Shown: piece after piece, positions 1-11,508 of the stretch
How the letters are laid out: each line of letters begins with the position of its first letter
Position numbering within the stretch: position 1 is the stretch's first letter
From: Pelomyxa schiedti
Lineage: Eukaryota; Protista; Evosea
DNA: 64,000 nucleotides
Direction of reading: 5' to 3'
Assembly (NCBI GenBank): GCA_020536535.1
Contig: JAHLWZ010000291.1
Coordinates: forward strand, 62,001 to 126,000
Notes under the pieces: generated by a model
Seen by the model: only the letters and a program-made list of their open reading frames with translations
Database searches by the model: none
What the model was told of the DNA's origin: nothing
Translations under genes and position numbers: made by a program

Positions 1-423
1 CATGCGAAACCCCCGGGTTGTGCGGAATCCTCAGGTGCATTTGCACAGCTTCTGATTGCCTATGTCAACAGATACGGGTCACAGTTCGACTTTGTGACTA
101 CGCAGCTTTTCAAGAAGCTGGTCTGCGACGTGTACCAGAACGAGGCCCTGGCTCCCATAATATTCTTTGTGACGGACACCAGCGTCCTGGTTGAGGTGAC
201 CACGCGGCACGCCCAGGACACGACCAACGACGCGGCTCGCGCTCTTTGGCTGGAGCTTGTGGAAGGGGCCCTGAGAGACAACCTCAACCACGAGTTTATG
301 GGACCACAGATTGTGCTCGTGAGGAAAACAGCGCACCTTCTCTCAGCCTCCTCAGAGAGCCAAACCACAAGAGATCTGGCGTCGCGACTAGCCCAATGTG
401 CTGATGCTGCCATCATAGACTGA
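1..423 (+). CDS. 3' end of a hypothetical helical protein (5' partial)
   Basis: An acceptor (..tcaacag, ~71) opens a GC3-rich frame YGSQFDFVTTQLFKKLV...AAIID to TGA at 421-423, followed by an A-rich tract. No family recognised. Confidence 0.6.
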   Translation, partial: HAKPPGCAESSGAFAQLLIAYVNRYGSQFDFVTTQLFKKLVCDVYQNEALAPIIFFVTDTSVLVEVTTRHAQDTTNDAARALWLELVEGALRDNLNHEFMGPQIVLVRKTAHLLSASSESQTTRDLASRLAQCADAAIID

Positions 424-499
424 AGCTACTCAAAAAAAAAAAAAAAAGGAAATAAAAAAAAAATTGTACATCAACGTTGGTCTTGGCTAGAACGGAAAA

Positions 500-1230
500 T
501 GTTCCTTAATTTCCAAGCAAGGCAACAAGGCAATGGTCAATAAGTGTTGGTTGGACACACTGTGCGGATGCCAGATTCACTCTTGGTTAACAGGCTACTG
601 ACCAGAAGTTTGACGGGGCACAGTTCTGTGATCCTATGGGCAGTGAGAAGCAATAAGGATTAGAAAGGAATTCAATGCCGCTGTTCTGTCAGCACCTGTT
701 CTGTTGTCCATGGTTGTTAGTGGGATATTCTGGTGGGGTGCATTGTGATGTTCTCTCTTGAATTCTGGTGCTTCATAAGCACCCACTGGCACCACAAACG
801 CCTCTTTGTTGGTACCAAGTCTATAGCCGTGTGGCCTGGTGCTGTGCTCAGTCATCACCCTCTGGTGATATGAGAGTCCAGTGCGTGTCCACGTGCTGTC
901 CTGCATGTGCGTTTGTAGTTTAGTGTTGTGTTTTTTTGGGCAGCGAGTCAAGCATAATTCACTGAAGTGGCAACCTGTGTTTTGTACCTCCACACCGTTT
1001 CACCAGCCTCACACACCGCAAACACAAACCCACCCGTGCAAACAGGGCTGCAGTACGGTGAGGACAGTTGTCCCGTTGGGAGCGGCGCCAGCTCGGTGGA
1101 CTCCAGAGTCTCCACGTCGCCGAACCCGAACCTGTTGGTGTACGCCAGCCAGCTCTATCTCGAACACATACGGGCGCCTGCCGCCGTCGAACACTGGGGT
1201 ACTGGAAACCGACGATCGAGGTTAGTGGAG
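500..1230 (-). pseudogene. degenerate fragment of a beta-propeller/kelch-like repeat protein
   Basis: Coding-like pieces PVFDGGRRPYVFEIE and SWLAYTNRFGFGDVETLESTELAPLP...GGFVFAVCEAGETVWRYKTQ lie in different frames across ~1150-1160 with no intron between them. No start codon or promoter space after the syntaxin stop. Boundaries approximate. Confidence 0.4.
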
Positions 1231-1343
1231 GTCGTTGACGAGTTCTTGATCTGGAATTTCTTGATTGTTTTTAAAAGGGAAAGAACTTGGTTTTTGTACA
1301 GTGTGGGCTGGTGTTTTTACATGGGTGGTTTCCTTTGGTGTTT

Positions 1344-2524
1344 TCAACAGAAACAACAGCAGCACATTTTCTTTTTGTTGGTTAGTGTTGATTAAAAACC
1401 AAAAAAAACGGGAAGGTACTTTTCGAGCGGACTTCTGCAAGGCAAGTGCATCTCTCATTTCTTCTGTTCCTTTCTTCACATCGTGATGGGCATGCTCTAC
1501 ATGCATTTCAATTTGGTCTACTAATTCCGTCTGTTATCATATATTGTTAATGAAAAGGTAAAGGGTGCGGAATTGGTACCTGTGAGTCAACAAGAATGGC
1601 CATATCCAGGAATAGTTGATTGAGTTCGTTTATACTTTGTTGAAGGCGCAAAATATCATTGTGCTTGTTTTCGACATATTCGAGGGCGCTTGTGGCTGCC
1701 ATCAAAGAAGGATCTGTGCAACTGGAGTAAGGCAAAGCAAAAGGACAAAAGTGTAGAAAACGGGAAGCGACCAAGGGTAGCTTGTTGGAACATTCGTGTG
1801 TCGCCACTGTCAATGATCACTTGAACTTCCTCGTTTGTGATTGAAGGTTTCACTAATTTGGATGAGATTGCGGCACGTAGATGTAGCAAAGAAACCTATT
1901 TTACACTGCCTTGTGAACCTGTCTTTAAGAGTTTTCTCAAATTCTTGTTGTACAGCCTGGAACTCCTGTGCTGATTTGACAAACCTCTTAGCAGCTGCTG
2001 ACAGCATGTTGTCGTGCATCCTACCTAATATTAGGAAGAAGTTTACGTATGGGTGGTCCTACCTCTTCTCTGTGGGATTTCCGGGCTTGACTTTTTTCAA
2101 TTGATCCAGTATGTTTTTAGTTTGGCCCACAAGCATTTCAAGTTCGTCGACTATTTGTCGTGCAGCTGCCTGCTTTTCTTAAAAGACTCAAGTGAGTATC
2201 AGACCATAACCCCGAGCACAAAGGAAAATAAAAATGCCATACTTTGGAGTTGGTCCCCGATTGCCATCGTGCACTCCTTGATGGTTTGGCGAGCAGCTGC
2301 TACCTTTGCTGAGATTTGGGATGCATTGTTTTGTACAGTTTCTATGCCCTGTAATGCAACATGTATATTGAAACTTACGAATAAGTGAAAGGAAGAGAGT
2401 TACCCCTTCGAAGTTGCTGGCGTAGTCAGGAGGGGCGGCTCGCTAGTAATGCATTAACACAAAATGGTGTACCAACGACGAGATAGATCTCACTTACCGC
2501 CAGATCACCCATTCTGTCGTTCAT
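1344..2524 (-). CDS. Qa-SNARE syntaxin (plasma-membrane type) lacking a transmembrane helix, with Cys-rich C-terminus
   Basis: N-peptide MNDRMGDL, Habc helices, SNARE motif ALEYVENKHNDILRLQQSINELNQLFLDMAILVDSQ...HVEHAHHDVKKGTEEMRDALALQKSARK. The last intron (CACTAAC branch) joins to KMCCCCFC-stop. Confidence 0.92.
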
Positions 2525-2781
2525 CTTCGAATACGCGCCTCGTTACCCGCGTTGTCTTCGTTGTTGTGTGACAAAAAAACGATCGAAAACCCTTCTAGAA
2601 TATCATCGTTCCCGGACTGATCCTCAATCTAGCAGATAGAACAAGGAGACTTAGAATTCAGTGCTTCAGTGTGGGTACCGGACTGGGTGGCACCCTCTTC
2701 GGGTCTGGGCGATAGTTCTGGCAGTTGCATTCAGATATTAGATGGTAATAGCCCAACAACAAGGAGGAAAAACAAGGGAGA

Positions 2782-4222
2782 ATGAAGATCAAGCGGTTCA
2801 AGCGAGCGTCGAAAAAAGCGCTTCCTTTTTACCTGTCCACCTTCAAAATCGAGGAGCCTTTCTTCGTGCTGGGTCGGCATCCTTGCCGTTTTCTTTGTTT
2901 TTTTTTTTTTCTCACCGGAAACAAGTTGAGGGTGAATTTTTACGAGTTGCATTGTTCAAGAGAGCTAATATCAAAGTCACCATCCCGCGTTTCTTGAAAG
3001 GCAAAACTACCTTTGGTACATTACACTGTCCCTTTTTTTCCCCTGTATTTATGTGCTCACTTGTCTACCAAACATTAAAGTCATTACTGAATGCACTATC
3101 CAGCAAATGAGAAAAATGGTTCTTTGACTTTCACTTTCCAAATTCCATTCTCTCACTCACCCACTTTTATAGGGGGATGACTATGCTGGTGCTTTAATTG
3201 AGAGTAGAACTTTTGAGCGTGTGCAGTGCCACACCCCTTGTATTGATGCGTCCCAAGTAACAATACTTTTTTCCCCTTCATCTCCTTTACCTCTCCCATA
3301 AGTGTCTATATGAGATGCTTAAGTGTAACAATGCTTCGAACCACCCTGGTACTCTTTAGCCTCTTTTTTGCACCCCTTTCAACTTTAGATAGATGCTAGG
3401 AAGTACTGGTTGTGCACAGTGGTATTTGCACGACTCTCCCCCACCGCTTGTCTCAATTGAAACGCCAGACTCCCGGACTTACAGATGCTATCAAGCCGTT
3501 TCTTAGTGTACCAGTGATAACATTTTTGGATCCAAAAGTGGACACAGGAACATTCACTCTCCTTCCTCCTCCTGGTGCCGCTGTCAGATTGCGTGATAAA
3601 GTAGGCCTTGCCTTTTTTGGCATCTAATCCCTTCTAGAGACTGCCAAGCAAACTTTTGGGGATGCCAGTAACTACCACACAAGCGGGTACACATCAAATA
3701 ACTGCTGCACCTGGAGGTCTCACAAAGAAAACCACTGGAAGTTCTGCAAAGTCAACAGTTAGAGGTGGGAAGCCAACTACAGCGAACCAAGCAAGGCCCT
3801 CTTTCCGCTCCAGGGCATTCAACTCTACTGCATTTAAGCAGATTAAAGCAAAACCAATACCAAAGAAGAAAACTCCCCCAAAAAAGGGCACCAAGAAAGT
3901 TCCAACCAAGAAATCTCCACGGACACAGCCAGGAGAAGCAGCCCCCAAGCAACCCACAACCCCCACAACCCCAGAACAACAACCCGCCCCTAAAGAACCT
4001 ACTCCTGAGAAAGTTGTTCCCCACTTCTCTATCTCCATTTAATCCCCCCCACAGGAACCCGAAGCAAAACACAAGAAAACGCGGCGATCAAAGAAAAAGA
4101 AGCCAGCCCCACAGACTACCACCACAACGGCAAGCACACTTCCACCAACGCAACAAGAAGCACCACAATCCCCTCCCGCCAAAAAACCACGCACTGAACG
4201 GGCCCAGGCAGCCGATCCCTGA
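2782..4222 (+). CDS. UTP23: rRNA-processing protein UTP23 (Fcf1/PIN family)
   Basis: MKIKRFKRASKKALPFYLSTFKIEEPFFVL-VEGEF...IPRFLKG, DYAGALIESRTFERVQCH...CL and a Lys/Pro-rich tail match the UTP23 pattern. Multi-exon. Confidence 0.85.
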
Positions 4223-4291
4223 AAAAAGAAGTTTCCGCACAAGAACCACATTCCATACTTTTTTTTTATTTTTTTTTGTTTCTATCAAAAA

Positions 4292-5647
4292 TTAGAGTTT
4301 TAGTCGCTTTGGTATGGGGGAAGAGTAGTCCACAGCGTCTGCACCGCCTTGTAGCTGTTGCTGTTGTTGTGCAGCGGCAGCAACGGCGGCAGCGGCAGCC
4401 ACTTGTTGTTGCTGTAGTGCCCCCATGTTGACTCCCATCATGGGAAGTCCCACAGGCAACACGTAGGGGTTGGGGGGCTGTGGAGCCATTATAGGTATAG
4501 CAACGCCTGGTAGCACCGGCGCCAGCGGGACTGTTGGGGGTGGAGGCCCTACCATTGGAACTCCGACTGGCATTCCCATGGAGAGTGGGGGTGCATTTGG
4601 TGAGGGTGTTTGTAGAACAGGGCCTGGGATGGCAGGAGAGCTGGCAAACATCGGCGCCGGCGATTTGGCGAATCCAACTGATAGCTTGACGTTAATGCCA
4701 GGGATGTGCTTGTTGTGCAGCGCAACTATGGCAGCATTGGCAGCACTACGAGACTTGAAGTCGACAAACGCCGCGCGTGTACCGCTTTCCTCTCGTTGCT
4801 TATTGCGCAGCAGAACCACTTGATGAAGTGGGCCGTAGACACTGAAAACATAGGCCAGTTGTGCCTCTGACCAGGACGTTGGTACGAATCCAACATGAAG
4901 TCGGGCAGATTCAGTTTGAGTAGTCGTTGTTAATACTGGTTGACCGGGAGGTGGTGGAAGTAGAGGTGCTGTAGATTGAGACTGTCCACCCTCAAGCTTG
5001 ACATGCACAGGTGGCTGAGTGAAGATATAGATAGGCATATCAGTGAAAATTTTCTGTAAAATAGTCAACAGAAAGTCATTCCATTTAGAACGTCAAACTT
5101 GTAGCATTCCCTTGACCAGTTCCCATGAACTTGGGCTACTGCATCCCAGGAAAGTTGCACCAATTTTAAGCCGCTCTGGAATAGGTTTCTGAAACAACAT
5201 CATTTCCTAAACAACAACAACCATCTTGCACTAACCTGATTCCTCAGCTGTGAAATAAACCGAGATAAACCTAACCTCATTGCTTGATAGCACAACTTTC
5301 TATATTTCAGTGAGTGAAGAGCTTTGGGTCCGAATAACTGACCTCTTTGAACGAGAATTTTCGTAATGTGCATAAAGGTTTACAAAGACAACTTGGTCAC
5401 TTGTTGACACTGCTGAAAAATGACCCAATTTTTTTGGGGAAGCAGGAGTTTTGGAGTCAACTTCTAGAACTTCTGGCCATCGTGACTTCACATCTTTAGA
5501 TAAACCTAGGAATGGTGAAACTCAAGAAAGGAGAAAAGGAAAAGAAACCAGAGCCAGAGCTGAAACAACTGCAGTCCTGGATAAGGAGATTGCAATCACT
5601 GAGAGTAAAATCACCTGAACATTCAATTACACCAACACGGTCTTCAT
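4292..5647 (-). CDS. macrodomain (Poa1p/TARG1-like, degenerate) + RRM + Pro/Gln-rich tail
   Basis: Spliced GDFTLSDCNLLIQDCSCFSSGSGLSKDVKSRWP...LGHFSAV...FVNLYAHY...LCYQAMRLGL...IGATFLGCSSPSSWELVKGMLQKIFTDMPIYIF, then RNP2 LHVGFV and RNP1 RAAFVDF, ending PKRLKL. Start uncertain; may be fused to the upstream unit. Confidence 0.75.
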
Positions 5648-5656
5648 GCTGGTAGG

Positions 5657-6605
5657 TTACGGTAGCTTCCTTTTCCCTATGAAAGAAATGAGTTCCTTAG
5701 ATGACTTCAACTCGAAATCCAATACATGTTGGTTACGTATTCTGGAAGTGGAATTGATGACATAAAAGGTGCCATTTCTTCCAAAATATCTTGCTGCAAA
5801 AGGAATTGCTCTACAGTGGTCGAACTGGAGTCTTCTGAAGTTTTTTTCGGGGACTAGTCAGAACATAGTTGCATTAAAAAGGACGTACCGGATGACGCAG
5901 CCTCTGAGCTTGCAGGGTCGTGCTTGGCAAAGTCGATATCAGGGTTAGGTTCGGAATCTTCTGCGACAAAATGGCAGCACGCATCGTTGTCGGGATCGAA
6001 GAAGGCAAGATAGCTGACAGCGGCAGAGTTAGACGCGTTGTTGGCATTTGCGCTGCTGGGTGTGTTGTTGGCCGCAACGTTTGTGGAGGGTTGTGTCGAG
6101 TTGGCAATCGCGTTGTTTGCGTTCGCACAAGTTGTAGTATTGGTGGGGGGTGCAGTGTTCGCTGTTAATGGCGCTAATACGCTTGTCGTTGTGTTGGTGT
6201 TGATGTTAGCCACCATCGGCGATGACAACAGCAGAGACGGTGGCGGTTGTGGGGGCGTTGATGATGCTGCAAAGGCCGCACGCAATGAATGCACGTCGTT
6301 GCGAAGCGACGCCATTTCAGTTCGTAGCATGTCGTTCTCCTGCGCTACTCTCATCACTATAGTAGACAAGCGAGAAAATTCTTGCCTCAAGCTTGCCATT
6401 TCCGCAGAAACCTTGTTTTTTAAATATAAATGCAAATGCATTCCAAAGGGGTACATAGTCCTATATTGATACGTACTTGAGCGACGATAGGCGTTTGTTG
6501 TTGCTGCTGTTGCATGTAGTATTGCTGGTACTGTTGGTATTGTTGCTGGTACCTCTGTTGCTGCTGCTGTTGCATCAAGATCTGCTGTTGTTGTTGAGGT
6601 TCCAT
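5657..6605 (-). CDS. polyQ / coiled-coil / low-complexity protein (possibly the 5' exons of the macro-RRM gene)
   Basis: MEPQQQQQILMQQQ..., intron, coiled coil AEMASLRQEFSRLSTIVMRVAQENDMLRTEMASLRND, then a T/N/A-rich region. The 3' end is ambiguous (stop at 5854 if unspliced, 5657 if spliced). Confidence 0.6.
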
Positions 6606-6883
6606 TGTCGTGACTACGGTGTCGTGGCGTGTGTTGGTGCCGGACAAATCGTTTGATTTTTTTTTTTGTCACACAATCAATCTCCACACGATGAGGAGAT
6701 CTTCCAATGCTCCCTGCAGAAGAATTTCTGGAGGAATGTAATGGCGCATTACTACTTGCCGTTGATGGAATGGAATCTGGAGGAGTAACTGGACCAATGT
6801 CTGCCAAGTTGGATAATTCGAAGAAGGCCAAACAGCCTTGCCCGAAGAGCAAATTTTTTTTCTATTAACCTTTTTCTCCACGT

Positions 6884-8594
6884 ATGCGACGTACTCCTGT
6901 AGACGACAACAAAGGCGTAGTGGTGCGCGTTGGACCAACCAACGTAACACCGCCCAATGTAGTTCCGAACAGAAGCACAACAACACCACAAAACCAAATT
7001 TTGCCTCCACCAACAGCAATAACAACGTCGTCGACGCCGCAGCGCCACAGCGCCGCCCGCGCATCACCACCTCCTCCCATAATCCCTGGAACCAACAGCG
7101 GCAGCACAGGCAGCAGCACCGGCAGCAGAACAACAGCGTCCACGGTGGGGAACCCTACGCACCGCCGAAGGCAAAATTACAGCGACTTCCAGCCGGACTC
7201 GGTGTTCGTGGTCTGCACGCAGTGCCAGGCCGCGCCGGTCGCGTCGCCGGCCAAGATCCGCCCGCGCTGCTCGCTCTGCCACGACGCCTCCGTCGTCGTC
7301 GCGCACGACCCGCGGTGCTGGGCCGAGCTGTGCTGCCGCGGCGTCGCGGCGCGCTGCGGCTCGGCCAGGTGCGAGGGCGAGGGGCACCCCGCCGCCGTCG
7401 CCGAGTTCACCGCCCGCTGCGGCCGCGACGTCGACCCGAGCGTCGCCGCCTCGAGCCCCGCGAGGTTCAGGCAGGAGCACGGCGGCGGCAGGAGGACAGT
7501 GTGCAACGCAGCGGCCGCCGTGGTTCAGGCTTTGTTTGACAACTCCATGGCCCCCGGCTATGTGCAAAGGAGGTGTGTGACGTGCAACAGGCCCTCCGAT
7601 GTATGTACTTCCCTCGCTCACCACCACTGGAGTTGCAACGGGGTATATATATATATATATATATAGAGTATAGAGATAAGAGAAAAAGAGTGAAGAATGA
7701 GTGGGGGTACAATAGATTCGGGCACTAAAATTCATTTAGGTCATGCTGTTCTTTCCTGAGCCTTGCACGCATGCGGTATGCCCAGGTTGTTTTGTTTCTA
7801 GCTGGGGTGCGAAGATACGAAGCAAACGATTACCGTGGAACCCTGACAAAAAGATGCATGGAATAAACTGCCCTGGTATCCTTCATAGAGACCCTCCTTT
7901 CACCAACGATTTTTAGTTGGCTGCCCAGTTTTCATTCATGATGCAAGCCTATTGAAACTTTGTGGCGAGAGAGACTACCAACAGTACAGTCACATTCTTT
8001 CTAATGAGATTGCTGTAACTTGCCAAGCTATTTATAGAGACGTGGTATTAATGTCTCAATAGTGCCTTGGCAGCCACGGCATATACTGTTCTACCCTTAG
8101 GTGCTCGTCTGAACCATTCCTGCCCACAAATATTGAGTCGTACAAGGCTTTGTGTACTAAATGCGAGGTACAACAACCAACATTATAACCACAATTTCAC
8201 ACTCCGAAACAGAACCGAACCTGCGTTCGGTGCCTGCAAGAAAGCTCTGCTTGCAGTTGTGTATACACAGTCACGGAAGTATCCATAAAACTGGTACCAT
8301 TTGACAAAACCCCCGGCCTCACTGTGACTGTATGAATACCCCTCCTGGGATTGGTGGCCTCTGGCAATTTAAACGCTAACCTAGGTTAGTCGAGAGGAAA
8401 AAATAGCTGCACTCAAAGCTGTAATACAACACCACTTGGGTCATGAAGCCTCCTCCCAACAACTTTATCTCTTTGGAAAAGAATATCCACCAATACCAGA
8501 CAATGCAATCATACGATCCTTTGCGTTTGAAAACCCCGCTGTAGTACTGTATCTTGAAGTGCTCACCAACCACGCAAACCCTGCTCTGTATTAA
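6884..8594 (+). CDS. Parkin-like protein, RING0-RING1-IBR-Ubl, no RING2
   Basis: Six exons (6884-7600, 7740-7875, 7917-8014, 8063-8167, 8213-8329, 8385-8594) give an open 460-aa frame. RING0 SVFVVCTQC..PAKIRPRCSLC..PRCWAE..AEFTARCG; RING1 CVTC..CTHAVCPGCF..CPVGCP; IBR YCSTLRC..CTKC..CVRC; C-terminal ubiquitin-like domain. Confidence 0.85.
7644..7665. repeat. (TA)11 microsatellite in intron 1 of the Parkin-like gene
   Basis: Directly visible. Confidence 0.9.
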
Positions 8595-8744
8595 GCCTAT
8601 TAATATCACTCCCAATTTGATCCGCCCAACTTGAATCCGAGAGGAATCGTATTTATAGTAACGAATACGAAAATTCGCCACGGCTTGATAAGGCCCACAC
8701 CGCCGATCTTAGAGTTCACAGAAAAAAAAAAACCGAAAAAAACG

Positions 8745-11273
8745 ATGGCATTTCTGTCGCAAATTAATGGTTTTGATAAGGCGAAGCTCAAGGAGACCGA
8801 CACAGTTGTGAGGCATTTCTACGCCATTTGCGCCGACGACCCTGTTCCCAAAACAGGAGCCACTTCGTCATCTGCTACTGTTGCGCATGACGAATCGGCG
8901 GCATCATCGAGTGACAGCAATCCCCTGCCGCCTGTTTCCGATCAGCAACGACAACAAAACTTAGATGTAAATAATCAACAACCGCCGCGGTCATCTGCGG
9001 CACCTGCATCTGGATCTGAGAGCGTGGCTGAGGTGGTGGTGCCAAGGGCTAAACCGCTGGTGGCAACCAGTCCGCCCTCCCATAGTTCAAATCTGGCGAA
9101 GACACTGAAGCGCATATCATTGGAGCCGGGAACGGAAAGGATGTTGTATGGCTTGAGGTCACACGAAGTGGTTCTGGTGGAGGTTTGTAGTTTTCTTTGA
9201 ATGCAAATATTATTGTGGGTGGTTACAATGGAACTGTGGGCAGCATTTCTAAATGAAACAACAGAATTGTGTGAAGAGCAAAATTCTTCTTCGAATGAAC
9301 CAAAGGCTATCCATGATTGTATTCTTGAATTGCGTGTGAGTATCTTTGGTCTACATCCAATGAGTACATTGCCTCACAATACCAAGGAATTGTACTATAA
9401 AATTGTTGGACTCCGCAGTTTTAACATCGAGAACCTGTCGCATCATCAATTGTACAGATTGTGAATTTGCATTTGAAGGTCTTTCGAGCTAACCGCTATT
9501 GTATCGCTCACATATTACAGATATCGATGCCCGTAAAGTAGAGTGTTTTGGCACACAAGGCTGTAGATTTGTATATATTGGTGACACAGTATTGCTGGAA
9601 TCAGAGGTAGCCATTTTCAGAGAAGGTTTCCCTGCTTGTGAAAAATTTTTATCTCGTAACTCCTTTTTTTCAGGGTGCAGACGTAACACCATCGCCACTG
9701 GCGAAATTACTTCACTTGAAGCGATTGACATAGTGTACAAGGTGTGCCAAGTTTATGAGATCAGTACTGTCTAAAATATATTTGTAGACAGAAACTGTGG
9801 AGGAAATTCCTGAAGGAGAGGGACAAGTTTGGCTAAGTACTATAGATACAGCAAGAAATATTCAATTCCATAATTTGATTGATGCTGGAGTGTTCAATAA
9901 GGTAGGAAGTTCCTTCCTAATTAGTAGGTGCCTCACATCTTAAAGCGAAGTCTCTCAATTTTGCAAAAGCTAAGCCCCTTCATCAGTCCGGCCCTCCCTG
10001 GTGACGAGGCTTTCAATGTAATTTCTGCAAGTATTACAACAAGCCAGATTCTTAGCGCCTTGGACACACTGAGCAATGTACCCCAGCACACTCCTGAGGA
10101 AATTTTACAAGCCTATGACTCTGAAAGGTGTGAGTACTATGAACCAGAAGAGTCTCTCCGTAAAAAGGTTCTTTCTCATTCCCTAAAATGGGCAACCTAA
10201 CAGAAAGCAGGCAGCTGAAGTTGGCGAATTGTTGCGTAGTTCCAAGCACACTGTTGTATACACGGGTGCCGGAATCAGCACAAGTACAGGTAACACTACC
10301 TCCTTACTCCCAAATATCTGAAGCCCGTAGGAATCGGGGACTTCCGGGGTCCTCAAGGCTTATGGACTTGCCAAGACAAGGTACTTTTGTGGCGCAATCA
10401 GAATAAGCAGTAACTTCTCTTCAGGGTGTAGCAATGGTAGGAAAAGAAATTACATACAAAGAAGTGCACCCTACTTTTGCCCACTATGCCATCACTGAAC
10501 TGGCAAAGAATAGGCTGGTACAATTCTTATTGACCACCAATGTAGATGGACTCCATGCTCGCAGGTAAGGGCGCCATACCCGCAAGCCCACAATACCAAC
10601 AATTCATGCAGTGACTTTCCAAGACACATTCTCGTGGAGCTCCATGGGTCTTGCTACAAAGAAGTTTGCAGGAATTGCAAGAAGGTGTTCATCAGAGATT
10701 TTGATATCTGGAATGATACAAATGCCTTGTATAGGCAGCATGAAACCGGCCGCCTATGCGATTTTTGCCATGCCCCACTACAGGTACCGTTTTACAGCTA
10801 TATACTCCAACATCTAATAACATGCCCTCGTCAACAGGACACGGGAGTTGCTTTTGGTGAAACGTACCGGGATCCCCTTGACTCGGTGAAGGCCTCGTGG
10901 CACGCCCGCAAATCGACCCTTGGCATCATACTAGGAACCTCCATGAATGTACAGAGTGCCGCCTCCTACCCAGAAAAGGTACTCAAAAAAAAAATTAAAC
11001 AATTACAGAACACGCCACAAACAACACTCACTGAAGCTCCACATGTAGGCACTGAGAAATGGCGGCAAGCTTGTGCTCGTCAACCTCCAAGCGACGCCTT
11101 ACGACTACCTGATGTCGCAGCCCGGCAACATCCGGGTGTGGGCCCGCATCGACGAATTCCTCAAGATGGTCTTGGACTACCTCGGGATATCACCGACCTG
11201 GGCTCCTCAGAGCGGCGCTGACGGCGGCGTGTGTGCCACCCCAACGGCTGGAGCGCCAGATTCCAAGTCTTAG
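8745..11273 (+). CDS. class IV (SIRT6/7-like) sirtuin with N-terminal beta-thymosin/WH2 motif and an unknown middle region
   Basis: VVYTGAGISTS-GIGDFRGPQGLWT, PTFAHYAI, TTNVDGLH, VELHGS, CRNC..CDFC zinc knuckle, LGTSMNV, VNLQATPYD. N-terminus MAFLSQINGFDKAKLKETDT. Middle splice junctions only partly resolved. Confidence 0.85.
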
Positions 11274-11508
11274 GAGATGAGAGGACGAGTTTGGAAGGGA
11301 AAAAGAGGAACAACAAAAAAAAAAGTTGTTTTCTGTGTTGTGAGCTTGATTCCACGGGTTTTACGTAAAAGGAAGCTGTCGGTTGGCCTTTTCGGTTCTT
11401 TTTGGGCGGGTGGAACTCTTCCACGTGTGAGGGTGAACAAAAAGAAAAAAAAAGGGTTCGGCTGTGGATCGTGGATCTCAAGGCTCCTTCCTCCCTTTTG
11501 TTTCGGTT

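Noticed and set aside
7876-7916. Possible U12-type intron (GTATCCTT donor)
   Set aside because: Only 41 nt, the branch site is imperfect, and donors in this genome are highly degenerate. A TTCCTTAAC near 14691 sits in an intron with a non-U12 donor. Not supportable without finding U11/U12 snRNAs.
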